Under the pieces are notes generated by a model. It was not told where the DNA came from. It saw only the letters and a list, made by a program, of their open reading frames with translations, and ran no database searches. From positions 62,001 to 126,000 of the forward strand of contig NIVC01002751.1 in assembly GCA_002269645.1 (NCBI GenBank): 64,000 nucleotides of DNA, in the 5' to 3' direction. How positions within the stretch are numbered: the first letter of the stretch is position 1; each line of letters starts with the position of its first letter. The DNA is from Macrostomum lignano (Eukaryota). Below, piece by piece: positions 12,187 to 24,168 of this stretch. The position numbers were made by a program, and so were the translations under genes.

Positions 12187-13947
12187 TTAGAGCATGCTTG
12201 AAACTGTGTTATCATAATAATCTCATTAAATACCTTTTTAGGGCAAAAATCAAGTACAGGTTGGTCGGTGGGCTGAATAGACTTGATAATTATCGATCGA
12301 TCACGGAGCACATCTATGTACATGTACTTCGCATTCTTCCCTTCTGTACTGCATACTTCTTTTCCTGTCTGCATATTAAGTACACAGACAGACCGGTGTC
12401 TGATCATGTCATTTGGTCATCAGATTTAGCTATTTATTATTGCCATCTTTGCCGCTTGCATCCTTACTTTTATGGCACCAAGCCTGTCCGGGACAAAAGT
12501 GCACGCGCGCTGAGACCCGGTAGCCAAAGCCTAAAAGAATTTGTTTGCGTTATTTCCTCTGTATCCCCCTGTATCTATCCACTTTTTAGGTGCCCTCCCC
12601 GCTTCTGCTGCAGGAAGTGGATCGGGATCTGCTCACTAGTGCAAATTGGCCCCCCTTGACCAAGACCCCTTTTCCTACCATTCTGAGTTTCGCCAAAGAA
12701 ATTCGATTACAGCACCACATAGTTGATCTGGTCCGCCTATACTGCACATTCTGCAGATCAATTCCATCGCTAGCTGCATGCAGTGTCCTTCTAATAATGA
12801 AATTTTTCGTAAGCCTTTTGGATTAGAACCCGTTCCAAAAGCTACTTCAAGCTACAGCAGCTAGCAAAACTGCTGATAGCTTGAGCAAAGGAAGTAACAT
12901 CAAATTGGATTGCCTGATTTAGTTGCGAAAGAATCCTATGCTACCATTTTCAAACAAGCCCCAGTCGATCATCTGATGTAAGAAGCTGGAGAATTTCTTG
13001 TCACTATAAGACCATCAAAAGCAAAGCATTGAAGAAGCAGCCGAATTCCTTTCCCCACCCAATGGACTGCGGAGTTTCGAACCGCTTGAACCAGTGGGCT
13101 CATTGGTCTATCTGGAGGGAGCGGTAGTGTACTGTGTATTACATGTACAGCTTATAGTGTCAGCAACATGTAACTGAATCTAGCTGATGTAACATGTAAT
13201 GTCATGTAACTAGTGAAGCCTGTTTTAAAAGGCTTCTTATTAAAACCTTCACGAGTCATAAAAACAATTCGGCTGAGTACAAGAGCCCAAGAGCCCTCCG
13301 ATTAAATTCCAATTGGTTTTTTTGCGATTACTAGTCGTCAGCTTATGAAAATTTAAATGCTATCCAAAGGATCCTCTAAATAATTTTTTTGTTATTCTGT
13401 GCTTACCACTTCAACGGTGACCACCTCCTCCATTTTATACAAGTATGTGATGCCGCTGAAGAAAAGACGATGCTGCTTTTCTCCTTTTGTTAAATGAGTG
13501 TCGTGGATATGTTTTATTGACAATACATCAAATCTAAACAGGGTTTTCAACCGTGGAACAGAGTAGCAAGTAAGTGGTATTATACGAAATTCAAGTCATC
13601 CTTGATTGGACAAGCGTAAAATGCATGTAAAATATAGTAAATTTAGCTAGCTTAAATCATGTCATACTACTTTAAGCAGAAAAAAATCTGCAATGTCTAA
13701 AATGTACGCTTGTTCTATCTTAAAGTATGACACGTTACATTACTATACATTTATTTGAATCTTTTTGGCATAATTTATTATGAACTTGCAGTTCGTGTAG
13801 TTTGCATACTTTTGTTTTATTCATTGTTGCCTTTTTCATTTGCATGTAATTCCTTACTGACGTTCTGATATATTAATAAATATACTCTCAAGCACCAATG
13901 TATAATCTGCTTGTCCTTATGTGATCCTTTGTACATGTATACAGTGC

Positions 13948-14996
13948 TTGATACAGTGTTAGCTCTGTACCAGGAAACTAGGGCGGCAGTTGTGACACCG
14001 GACGTCTTCTGAAGTTCTCCACGGGGACACCTTGGCTCCATTCTGTTCGTCCTGGTCCTGGACTGGGTACTGCGCACTGGCCTCCTGACGACTCCAAAGG
14101 ATTCTTGCTCTGCCGCAGAACAAGCAGGCGGCACCCCGAGAAGCGACTCTCCGTCCTAGCGTACGCGGACGATCTAGCGCTGCTGTCTAGACAGCTGAAG
14201 GAGCTCAACGCTGCTAGACCAGCTGACGGCGGCGGCCGCTGCGATCGGACTGTCCGTGAACACCAAAAAGACGATGGTGCTGACCGTGCCGATGGACCTC
14301 CCAGCTGAGATATACTGCCGCTGCACGAACGGGCAGGTGGCGTTGCTGCCCCACTGCAAAGAGTTCGTCTACCTCGGTGGTCTGGTGCCAAGCATCACGG
14401 AGGACATGACACGGCGCAGGGCGCTTGCCTGGGGCGCATTCCGCACCGTGCGGACTGTCCTGCAGAGCCCCGCGCTGCCGGATCGGCTGAGAGGGCCGGT
14501 GTTCCAGGCCGTCAATGAAACCGTCCTCCTTTACAACGCTGAAGCGTGGACACTGAACGGCCCGCAGGAGCGGCAACTCGACGCCACTCACGCTGGACTC
14601 CTGAGAGCCGCCTTCGGTGTCCACTACTCGCCGACCGCCACCACCAACACCAGCAATTATGACGAGTTACGAGTATACCGACGGGCCCAGCTCTCCCGAC
14701 CCAGCCAGCTGCTGCGCATCCGGCGCCTACAGCTGGCCGGCCACGTCATCCAGGCAGAGCAGTACTGCCCTGAACCGTCTCAAGACGGGCTGCTGCTATC
14801 CCTTCTTGGGCCGCGGCGGCTTGGTACGTCAGGCGAGAAGTCTGCGTTTTGTCGACCTGCTTTTAATTGAGACGCTGAAATCTCCGACCCCCGCGGACTC
14901 GCTATTCTGCGCAAATCTGCGCTTGCGCGCGCATTTTGACAGCAACCCAACTTAATTGGCTTGCCTAGGGTTGCTGTAGTTTGTTGTTGTTGTTGT
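13948..14996 (+). mobile_element. 5'-truncated, degenerate non-LTR retrotransposon (RTE-like LINE), RT C-terminal half
   Basis: LFVLVLDWVLR, LAYADDLALL, GLSVNTKKTM, RRLQLAGHVI across frameshifts; (GTT)n tail; 10-bp TSD TATACAGTGC at 13938-13947 and 14997-15006. Confidence 0.88.
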
Positions 14997-17900
14997 TATA
15001 CAGTGCGACGTCTAGTGTTTTGAATCCAAATGTCTATGATAATATTCCAAAAAGTGGAATAATGATAGATTGCGTAGTAGGTCACGGAGGTGAAAAATCA
15101 CCGAAAGATGAGTGTGCGTAGCAATGGCAAAATCGTTTCTAATATGAGGCAGTGTGTAAGTATGTATAATGACTAAACAACAATTTCTTTCAATTATTCA
15201 AGGCCCATGTAAAAACTACAATGAATATAAAACAAAAGAATATGAAATATTCATTTTAAATGGTTATAGATTATCTTGTAATTCTTGACAGGCCACGATT
15301 TTCTTCCTCATCCATATTCGATAAGTTTTGGCAGCAAGCGCGACGACAAAGGTCAATACAAAGTCTATGCATTTTAAAGTAACGATTTGCTTCTAAATGC
15401 TATTGGCAAGTATAGTTCTAATCGAAAGCAACTAAAAAATTAAAAAATACTGATATTTTTCTTCTGCTAAAATTAAGGCTAGAAATAATGGTGTTTTAGT
15501 GATTGCTTAACAATGTCTCTCTCTTTGGCGCAAATATGAATTGGCATCTTGGCATCGCATGACGGAAAATGAATGATGACGAAGAATGATGAATGGTAGC
15601 AGCACTCTCGTTGAAATGTAATATATTCAGAATTCAGATAAGTAATTGCAGTAATATCATTATTGTTCTCAGAATCTCAGTAGGTGAGTTACTTGAGCTG
15701 GGTTCTGCTGCCATAGGCCTAGGCGGCTAGGCCTATAGCCATAGGGCGACTGCAATGTCGGCCTGGCCGCTGCCCGCAGCCCGCGCACCAGCGCCTGGGG
15801 ACGGGTTCCAGGACATTTCGTCAAAAATATTTTCGTGAAAAGCCTTTTCGTCAAACATTCTTAAGTCATTTCGCCTGGCATCCTGGATATGGACCTGGCC
15901 ACCTGGGCAAATTAAAAAACCATTGGCATTGGCCATTGGGAAGTTGGGAACAACTCACCAGTTTTTCTTAGACCTGTTTAAGTCCAAAAAAATAAAGTAC
16001 TAGCTTGAACTATTGTTCTGATAATTTCTATTAATAATAGTGCATATATTACAGATAGGGTTAAAGTTGGTATAAATTTAAAAGGTCTAGTTAGTTAAGT
16101 TGGCTTGGGCTAGGCAGGGCAATGTTGGGTAGGTAGCAGGCCCATAAGCCTACCCTAAAAATTGACTTAAAAATACAAAAGTAATTTTTATATGTGTTCT
16201 ACTATTTAAATTAATTAAAATGGCCATATAGGCCTATAATATAATAAATAATATAGACATTAAAATGCCTGTTTACAACAATTAGACTCTTCTAATAGGG
16301 CCTATTGAATATGATATAAGAATATGACTTAGGCCCCTCTTTACATAAAAAATTAAGCATTCATGGTTAGTGCTTATCTTATTATGCCTATAGACAATAT
16401 AAAGACATATTTTCATTTGGCCCATTTATTATATTAGGCCCTCCTAGGCTAGCCTATTTAAAATAGAATATTCAAGGCATATACTAAATGTTTATTATTT
16501 AAGTCTTAATATGGTATGCCAAATTGCACATACAACATAAACCAATTTTGCCTTTTTCAATTATTATTAGTTCTTAATGTTTAATGGAATTATAATACAA
16601 TAGCCATAGGCCTACCCCTAGGCTAGGTCTACTATATAAATGGCTTGATATATTTATTTCTATTTTGTTTTTTTATTAAGTCCCAAAAACTTTAAAACTT
16701 TTTTCCTTTTATACAAAATGTTCCATTACAGCATTCACCATTATGTTTTCTTTTTGTTATATATTAAATAAAAAGATTTTAAAAAATGTGTTTAAAGCCA
16801 TAGTCCCAATTTATAAATAATTATTTATCTATACTTAAATAGTAGGTCTATGCCAAAATGGCTTGATTATCAATTGTTACATTCATACATGCCTACCTAA
16901 CACCCATCCAACAATATTATACAAGGTAAGTTGCAAAATAAAAAATTCAAGAAATGAAATATTGGGGAAAGAAAGAAAGGAGAAAAAGAGAAAAAGAAAA
17001 GAAAAGACAGATAAATGAAAAAAGGGAAAAAGAGAAAAGAAAAAAGCAAGAAAAGTCATACAAAGTGAAAATTAAGTCACAATCAGGGGAACTAAGTGGC
17101 TATTAGAAGAAACAGTTGCAATTGGGAGAAACTAAGTTGCAAATTTAGACAAAACTAAGTTGCACCAGATGGGTGAAATTTTAAGGTTGGGCATATATGG
17201 TTATTTAAAAAATTTCTAGTATAGGCCTACTAATAGCTTTGCTAAGTGTGGGTTTAAAGCCAATAATTGTATCAAATGATATATTTTAACCAAAAATAGA
17301 AACAAGGCAATAGATAAAATGATTTTAGCTTGTCTTGTCAATGTATATGTATAATATATTAAAAAAGGAAAATATATTAATATTCATTCATTTTAAATGA
17401 TTACCTATAGGCCTAATACAACAATCAATTTAGAAATAATATTAATTCTTAAACATGGAAATTTTAAATAACAAAGCCTAACAATTTCTTTAAAGAACTC
17501 TTTAGTATAGTTTATAGATCATATAGGTAGACCAAGTAAATGCAATATTAATAGCAAATATGGTAATTAATGAATGTTTTTTTACTTTTTAAAAGTATAT
17601 ATTGTCTAATATCATAGTTAATTTTATAAAATTTCAATAAAAAGCAATTAATCAATCATTAGTTTTTTTATTGCATGTGTTATAACATATAAATCTTAAT
17701 TTTGGCATCCTTAATTTGGATCCCCAAACAATAAGTTGGCACCCTTTGTAGAAGGTCCATTTTTTATATTTTTTGGAACATCAATAAATTTATGTTTATT
17801 TTGATTTTCTGGAATTTCAAAAGTAATTTTAAGTTTAAAAATTGAATATAGAATTTTGCAATTCCTATGGATCAGAAATGCTTAGCAATGTAAGGGTAGA

Positions 17901-18083
17901 AAAATATATTGGTATTTTATTTGATTTTGAGCTTTCTGACTGATGCCAAATGGCACTGCAATTCTAAGACAAAAAAACATGTTTTTCTTTATTGTCCAAC
18001 CACAGAAGTTGTGTATGCAAATGTGTTTGTTATTATATTTATAAATAATGAGTGCAAGTTTATGTGTGAAAACAAGCCCTGCT

Positions 18084-18398
18084 CATACATGCGCAACAGT
18101 CGGCCGAGTCGGCCGATCCGGCCGAGTCGGCCGATCCGGCCGACCAATTTGGCGGCCAACCAAGGAGGTCGCAAAAATGCCCACCCAAAAAAAGAACTAA
18201 GTAGTAGTACTAAGTAGCTGACGAGGCATTTTGGCTTAATAATACAGTCATAGTTACTCCTGCCGTTTACCCAAAGTTGCGTTAATTTTGCTTTCGGGTT
18301 ATTTTCATGTAAGTCGCATTTTTGGCCAAAAACTACGTCACATTTTTGTTAAAACTAAGTCGCATGGCCGACCGAATTTCGGAGGTTGCGCATGTATG
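18084..18398. mobile_element. MITE, hAT-like (14-bp TIR, 8-bp TSD)
   Basis: TIR CATACATGCGCAAC / GTTGCGCATGTATG; TSD GCCCTGCT at 18076-18083 and 18399-18406; internal 18-bp repeats GTCGGCCGATCCGGCCGA. Confidence 0.85.
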
Positions 18399-18593
18399 GC
18401 CCTGCTGCTTTTGTGTCTAATTTGAGCTTTGATTCCAATAGGGTTGTTCAAAAGGAAAAGTATGAGAAGAGTAATATTTGTGCCTGATTTCTATTTGAGG
18501 TAATACCCCCCCCCCCTATGTATATTTAGTAATTTACTATCCAAGCTAAGTAATGATTTAAATATATGCTTTTTAATAATCAGACTTTGAATA

Positions 18594-21572
18594 ATGCATG
18601 AAAGGCCTGTCAATCTGACTGGCAGTGACGGCCTACCAATGGCGCACAGTGCAGCCGCAAGCGGCTCTAAAGATCGCGAATTCGCTACTGCTGACAGCAG
18701 CTCAGTCAGCAATGAGATGACCGCCAAATTGAATGCCAGCTTGTACAGCTGGTCGCAAGCGGAGCTAGCCGTTGTTGCTGACGTCCTTGACACTTGGCAT
18801 CTGGCCAGCGCTCGGGCAATTTGGCTTCGCCTGCTCCGCCGAGTACCCGGCACAGACAAGAAGCCGCGCGATGTTGAAACTCTTCTAGAACGCATTGCCA
18901 GGTATTCCAATCTGACCCAGTCTGCCGATACTTCTTGTGCCGGAAGTGCCACCGACGACAATCCGACATCTATGGACGCATTCCTGTGCATGCTAGACGA
19001 TCTTGTACCCGGCGGCCTGGACTTCTCAACTGAGCTGGCCGACGTGCTGATTGAATCAGCTAGCACGGCCTCCGGGCAGCTTGCCGAGGCCTATTTATTT
19101 TTAGCTAGCCTGCTGGACGGCCGGCCAGCCACTGGGTTGGACAGTGTGTCCCCGGCAGTCTGCAAGCGTCTGCTCGGCATGCTGACCGACCTTCTACCGT
19201 TAGCTAAGTCGGCCACCGAGCAGCGCGACTGTCTGTACCGCCTGCTTGGCTTGGCGCACACCTCTGCCAGCTTGCCTCGGGCTACGGTGTTTCGCGATCG
19301 TCTTCAATCGCTACTGCGAATGCCGCTCAGCTCGAAAGCGTCCACCGCTGCTAGGAGCGATGATGTTGCTGACGAAGATGCAGTCGATGACAGCTGGCTT
19401 CGAAGCCGGTGCGCTTTGCTGGCTGACTACGCGGAGTATAGCGTGAATCCATTGAATCTGTCCGACCAGCTATTGGCCTCGTTCCCTAGCAACGATGCCG
19501 AACCAAAAGAATTCAATATCGATGCTGAAGACGCGCCTACTACTAGCAGTAGTAGCTTTATGAAGCGCTATATGACTAGCCGGGCCGACTTAACCAAAGA
19601 GCTGCTGCTGCGCGGCCTGTGCGATTCCGAGTCTGATGAAGAGCAGCCCTTTAGGCGTGTCGCCTACGCCGCCGTGGCTTCGGCGCGGCCCGATGGCGCC
19701 AGGCCTCGGAAGATTCAAAGCGACGTCCCGGCTGCTGCCGTTGCTGCAAAGAAATCGACGCAAAAGCGGAAGACTGTTAAAAAGCGTGCTGGTCGGCCAT
19801 CAAAGAAGGCTCAGTCGATGAAGGAATCAAGGAGTCCTAGTCCTACAAAGAAGCAAACAGGTAGAAAAAGACTGAGATTGGCTACAACTAAGTCTGTTGC
19901 AACAGCAGCCAGCAGTAGAGGTAATAAGAGACGCAAAACTTTGTTGTCTGAGACATCCCAGTCTGCTTCATCGACTAATGACAGCTCTATTGAGGAATTG
20001 TTGGCAGCTGGCCAACAGGACGATGATGCGGCCGTTGAACAAGCGTACTCTAATGAAGAAGAGCCAGGTGTGCAACCTTCCATTGACGCTAAGCAGGCAC
20101 GCGCTCCTGGGGGTGAGCTACAGGCTGATTCTTCTAAGCGGCCCTCTCAAACACCTAAGTCTGTTGCAACAGCGGGCAGCAGTAGAAGTAATAAAAGGCG
20201 CAGAACTTTGCCATCGGAGACATCCCAGTCTGGTTCATCGATTGATGCCAGCTCGATTGAGGAATTGTTGGTAGCTGGCCAGCCAGACGATGATGCAGCA
20301 GTTGAACAAGCGGCTAATGAAGAAAAGTCAGGTGCACAGCCTTCCACTAAGGCTAAGCAGGTATGCGCTATTAAAGAAGGTAGGCTACAGGCTGATTCTT
20401 TTAAGCGGCCGTCTCAGACACCCAAGTCTGTTGCAACATCGGGCAGTATTAGAAGTAATAAAAGGCGCAGAACATTGCTAGCCGGGAATAAGTCCCAGTC
20501 TGTTTCATCGATTGCGACTGTGAACTCGTTGGCAGCTGTCCAACCAGACGATGGTGCAGCCGTTGAACAAGCGGCTAATGAAGAAGAGCCGGGTGTACAA
20601 CCTCCCATCAAGGCTAAGAAGGCGTGCGCTCCTGGAGAAGGTGAGCTGCAGGCTGATCTCACTAACCAGCCGTCTCAAACTCTGCCGCCAAACGAGCCAT
20701 CCAGCGTTGAAATATCAGCCGAAGAGCAGCAGTCAACTAAGCCTACAGTAGAGCGGGTAGTTGTCGAGATTGTCGGAGTAGTAGAGCCGCCATTAGATCA
20801 GTTTGTTATATTGGAGAATTCTCCCAATAAGTCGGCTAATCCAGTTGATGCAGCTACTTCATCGACTGATCAGCCATCGCATTTGTTGAGTAGCAGTGCT
20901 CAAACTCAGCAGGTAATTAGTGCTGAGTCGGTAGCGCAGACTCCGCCTGCATCAAAATCTATAAGCAAAACTAAACCAACTCACGGCAAAGAGAACAGCG
21001 TCAGCGGCGGCTCGGGTGCATTGCGCACCGAAACAGTCATGGTCGATCCGTTCAAGGTTAATTTGAACAAGTTCATACCCCATCGGGTTGCGAGGCCGCC
21101 AGTTTTCGAGCGGCCGAAAGCGAATATTTCTTTACCGAATCTGCCTCCGCCACCGTCGCAGCAGTCAGCTAGCGTTAGTTCTCAACCAGCTGTAGAGACT
21201 TCTACTGCGACTAGCGTAGTCTATCTTGGTCAGAAGCAGCTAACAAAAGTGCCGCTAGCGCGCCGAGGTCGGGCCAGAACCTACCGCAATAGTAGCTCAG
21301 TACCTGAGCCTGAACTCACGTCTGCGCGAGATTTAGTGCAAGCCGGTTATGCTAAGCGGGTTGGGCCTAAGCTATCGGTGCCAATTTCATCGTATGTGAA
21401 GTCTGTGGTAACCACAGATTCGACAAGGACAGCTGCTAATGCGGCGCCAGGAACAGCTGCCGCAGCGCCAGGGACAGCTATTCCGGGGCCAAGGACAGCT
21501 ACCGCAGCGCCAATGACACCTACCGCAGCGTCAGGGACAGCTACCGCGGCACCGGGCGCCAGAAGCGGTTAG
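18594..21572 (+). CDS. Intronless 992-aa protein: helical SNAPC2-like N-terminal region, K/R-rich NLS-like segments, three 89-aa repeats, disordered tail
   Basis: 2979-nt uninterrupted non-periodic ORF with coding-like composition; motifs WSQAE..., PTSMDAF..., LAEAYLFLASLLDG recall SNAPC2 (from memory, unverified). Confidence 0.8.
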   Translation: MHERPVNLTGSDGLPMAHSAAASGSKDREFATADSSSVSNEMTAKLNASLYSWSQAELAVVADVLDTWHLASARAIWLRLLRRVPGTDKKPRDVETLLERIARYSNLTQSADTSCAGSATDDNPTSMDAFLCMLDDLVPGGLDFSTELADVLIESASTASGQLAEAYLFLASLLDGRPATGLDSVSPAVCKRLLGMLTDLLPLAKSATEQRDCLYRLLGLAHTSASLPRATVFRDRLQSLLRMPLSSKASTAARSDDVADEDAVDDSWLRSRCALLADYAEYSVNPLNLSDQLLASFPSNDAEPKEFNIDAEDAPTTSSSSFMKRYMTSRADLTKELLLRGLCDSESDEEQPFRRVAYAAVASARPDGARPRKIQSDVPAAAVAAKKSTQKRKTVKKRAGRPSKKAQSMKESRSPSPTKKQTGRKRLRLATTKSVATAASSRGNKRRKTLLSETSQSASSTNDSSIEELLAAGQQDDDAAVEQAYSNEEEPGVQPSIDAKQARAPGGELQADSSKRPSQTPKSVATAGSSRSNKRRRTLPSETSQSGSSIDASSIEELLVAGQPDDDAAVEQAANEEKSGAQPSTKAKQVCAIKEGRLQADSFKRPSQTPKSVATSGSIRSNKRRRTLLAGNKSQSVSSIATVNSLAAVQPDDGAAVEQAANEEEPGVQPPIKAKKACAPGEGELQADLTNQPSQTLPPNEPSSVEISAEEQQSTKPTVERVVVEIVGVVEPPLDQFVILENSPNKSANPVDAATSSTDQPSHLLSSSAQTQQVISAESVAQTPPASKSISKTKPTHGKENSVSGGSGALRTETVMVDPFKVNLNKFIPHRVARPPVFERPKANISLPNLPPPPSQQSASVSSQPAVETSTATSVVYLGQKQLTKVPLARRGRARTYRNSSSVPEPELTSARDLVQAGYAKRVGPKLSVPISSYVKSVVTTDSTRTAANAAPGTAAAAPGTAIPGPRTATAAPMTPTAASGTATAAPGARSG

Positions 21573-22664
21573 TACCGACAAAGAAATGTTAATTTAAAGC
21601 GTAGAGTTTTTTTCAAGCTTACTTTTAAGTATACGATATGGTCTTTTTAATTGCTCAAAGCAAATATCTACTAGTAAAATTTCATATGTAATAACAAAAT
21701 TTCACTATAATCAGTCTATATAGCCTTAATTTAACATGTACTGTAAGAAATACTGGAACATTTTATGTTACATTAAAACTGCGTGCCATGCCAATTGCAT
21801 TTTGACTCGTATATTCAGCGAAGTAAATACTAAGTCCTTTGTTTGTTACTTAAGCACTTCCTAGTTGATTCTGGATGATTGCATACAATCTGCCTATTTG
21901 AATTTCGCTGCGTTGCTTTACAATAAGCTGCTGTATTGACTAAACTATAAGTTCAGTACTATTTAACGAGAGATGAAAAAATCTCATTTGTTCCGTTTGA
22001 TTATTTGACATTTGTTGAAACTGCTTTATCCAAGCTTATTTTGCTTTTAAATAAAATTTAGTTATCTTCCTATGCCACAATCAAGAGACCAATAGGCATC
22101 AAGATACTAAGTCAGAGGTTGACAAACTTTTTTGCCTCAAAGGTCAGGTGAAGAACCTAGCTAATGACTGCAGGCCAGATGAGAGAGAAGAGGGAATAGA
22201 GGAGACAAACGAGTTGAGGGATGAGAGAGGAGAAAAGAGAAGAGAATGGAGGTAATAGAGTTACGAAGAGACCTTGAGCTATTGTGAAGTTTCAAAGGAC
22301 CGGGGCCGTGAACAGATAGATAGGTTCCCGGGCCGCATGTGTTGCCGACTCTTGTGCTAAGTGAAATACAGCTGCAGTTGCTAGGGGGCAGCCGCAGATC
22401 AAGGCGACAGTCAAACTGCAGCCAGCGACCCCTGAGCATCATCCTCATCATCTGATATATCATCCTCAGGCAGCCAGTGGATAGGGTCTTTTATATAGGC
22501 GCAAATTGGAAGACAGGTTTTTATAGACAATTTCCGTACACTAAAACATACTTTACCAACCCAACCGATAGGAAAAATCTAATTGAACAGCTGCTACTGC
22601 CTACTAGTGTAAGTAGTGTAAACGGAATGTAAATAAAAGAATTTTCAACTCCGCAGCCCGCCGC

Positions 22665-23627
22665 ATGATAGCCGCCGTGCAGTCGCTGCTGTCCGATTGG
22701 CAGCCGCATGAGCTGCAGTTGGCCGTCCGGCTGGTCAAATCCAATCCGGCCATCGAGCCGGCCAGCCTTGCCGAGGCTCTACAAGTCGAGCTGGGCTCGG
22801 ACAAATCCGCCGAGGACGTACGCGGCCTGTTCAATCAGCTGCTGGCTCACGCCGACGCTGTCAGCCGATCTGCTGAAGCTATTCAACGGCCCAGACGGCG
22901 GCCGCCGCTTCCCATTGTTGAAATCAGTGTCGGCAAGCCGCCTTCGATGCCGCAATTGAAACGCCCGGCAGCCGAGTCGCAGTCGCAGAACTCTGCGTCA
23001 GTGCCGTCAAAACGCGACCGGCCAGGCCTGCCTAAAATATCGCCATTGAAGCCCCTGACTGCTCTCACCCAATCTCAGCAGAGCCCGGCCATATCGCTAA
23101 CCCATATTAGTCCTAGCCAAGCCAATCAGACCCAAGCTCACGCTGCCCAGACTCCTACTCAGCCGGCTACTGAGACTGCGTCGTCTTCAACTGTGAAAAT
23201 TATTCGAATTGGCGAGGCCTCATCGACAACAACAACTGTTGTTAGGAAGCCGGCGCCGACTCCGCAGCGGCCGGTAGCGCCGCAGGTGCACACTCAGTAT
23301 AGGACTGAGCGAGTCCAGCTAGACGATGCCGGATTTGTGAAGATCACCCTGCGACCGTTACGGCAGCAGTCTGCCACTGGGCCGGGCACTCGGCCTGTCA
23401 GCTCGGCTGACTTGCCAGAGTCCGCGGTGTCGGCTCAGTCATTGACGCTTCTGCCAGCCTCCCTGCCCGTTAGTAAAGGAACTGGCGGCATCAACTTTGG
23501 CAGCCTCACTAATTCCACGTCTACTAGCGGCGGCCGGGAATTGGGCTTTTTAGAACAGCCATCCGGCCTGCAGTTGCCGCTGCTAGTTGAGCCCAACGAT
23601 GCCGACCATCCGATTCTGATTGATTGA
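22665..23627 (+). CDS. Intronless 320-aa protein with SANT/SNAPC2-like N-terminal helical domain and S/T/P-rich tail
   Basis: 963-nt ORF preceded by a 3' splice-like site (ttttcaactccgcag); N-terminal WQPHELQLAVRLV...KSAEDVRGLFNQL. Confidence 0.75.
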   Translation: MIAAVQSLLSDWQPHELQLAVRLVKSNPAIEPASLAEALQVELGSDKSAEDVRGLFNQLLAHADAVSRSAEAIQRPRRRPPLPIVEISVGKPPSMPQLKRPAAESQSQNSASVPSKRDRPGLPKISPLKPLTALTQSQQSPAISLTHISPSQANQTQAHAAQTPTQPATETASSSTVKIIRIGEASSTTTTVVRKPAPTPQRPVAPQVHTQYRTERVQLDDAGFVKITLRPLRQQSATGPGTRPVSSADLPESAVSAQSLTLLPASLPVSKGTGGINFGSLTNSTSTSGGRELGFLEQPSGLQLPLLVEPNDADHPILID

Positions 23628-23948
23628 CTCATGCATTGACTTCTGTACTTATTGTATTTAACTGTAACGGGTAGTGTTGAAGGGGACTATAAGGTGTTTT
23701 TTGAGTACGAGTTGTGTCTGCTGCTAGATTCAAGCAATTTATCTAACAGGCGCTTCTCTTAGCTCTTTAAAACTGTTTTGTATGTGTTAATTTAATAAGA
23801 ACTGGTGCTTAACTTATTTGACCCATAGAGTTGCAAAGTACTCGTAGGTTGTGCATGAATCAGGGACTACTCAATAACTAGGGACGGGGAACTACGAAAT
23901 TTGGAGGCCCGATCTATTAATAACTTAGTCCTCGTAAAGCATTACCTG

Positions 23949-24069
23949 CATGCATGCGCAACCTTGGGATTCACCCGGCCGTTTCTATTGACAACACACA
24001 CACACACACACATGTAAGTCGCTATTGGCTGAGAGCAGTCACATGACTAGTATTCTGTCCAATAGCGAC

Positions 24070-24123
<54 letters not shown>

Positions 24124-24168
24124 CCAATAGAAACGGCAGGGTGAATCCCTAGGTTGCGCCCAAGCATG
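23949..24168. mobile_element. Foldback / MITE-like inverted repeat with (CA)n/(TG)n in the arms
   Basis: Arms GCGCAACCTTGGGATTCACCC...(CA)n...ATGTAAGTCGCTATTGG and their reverse complement, ~90 bp each. Confidence 0.8.

Noticed and set aside
22161-22463. 100-aa minus-strand ORF
   Set aside because: Low-complexity second half and no recognisable domain.
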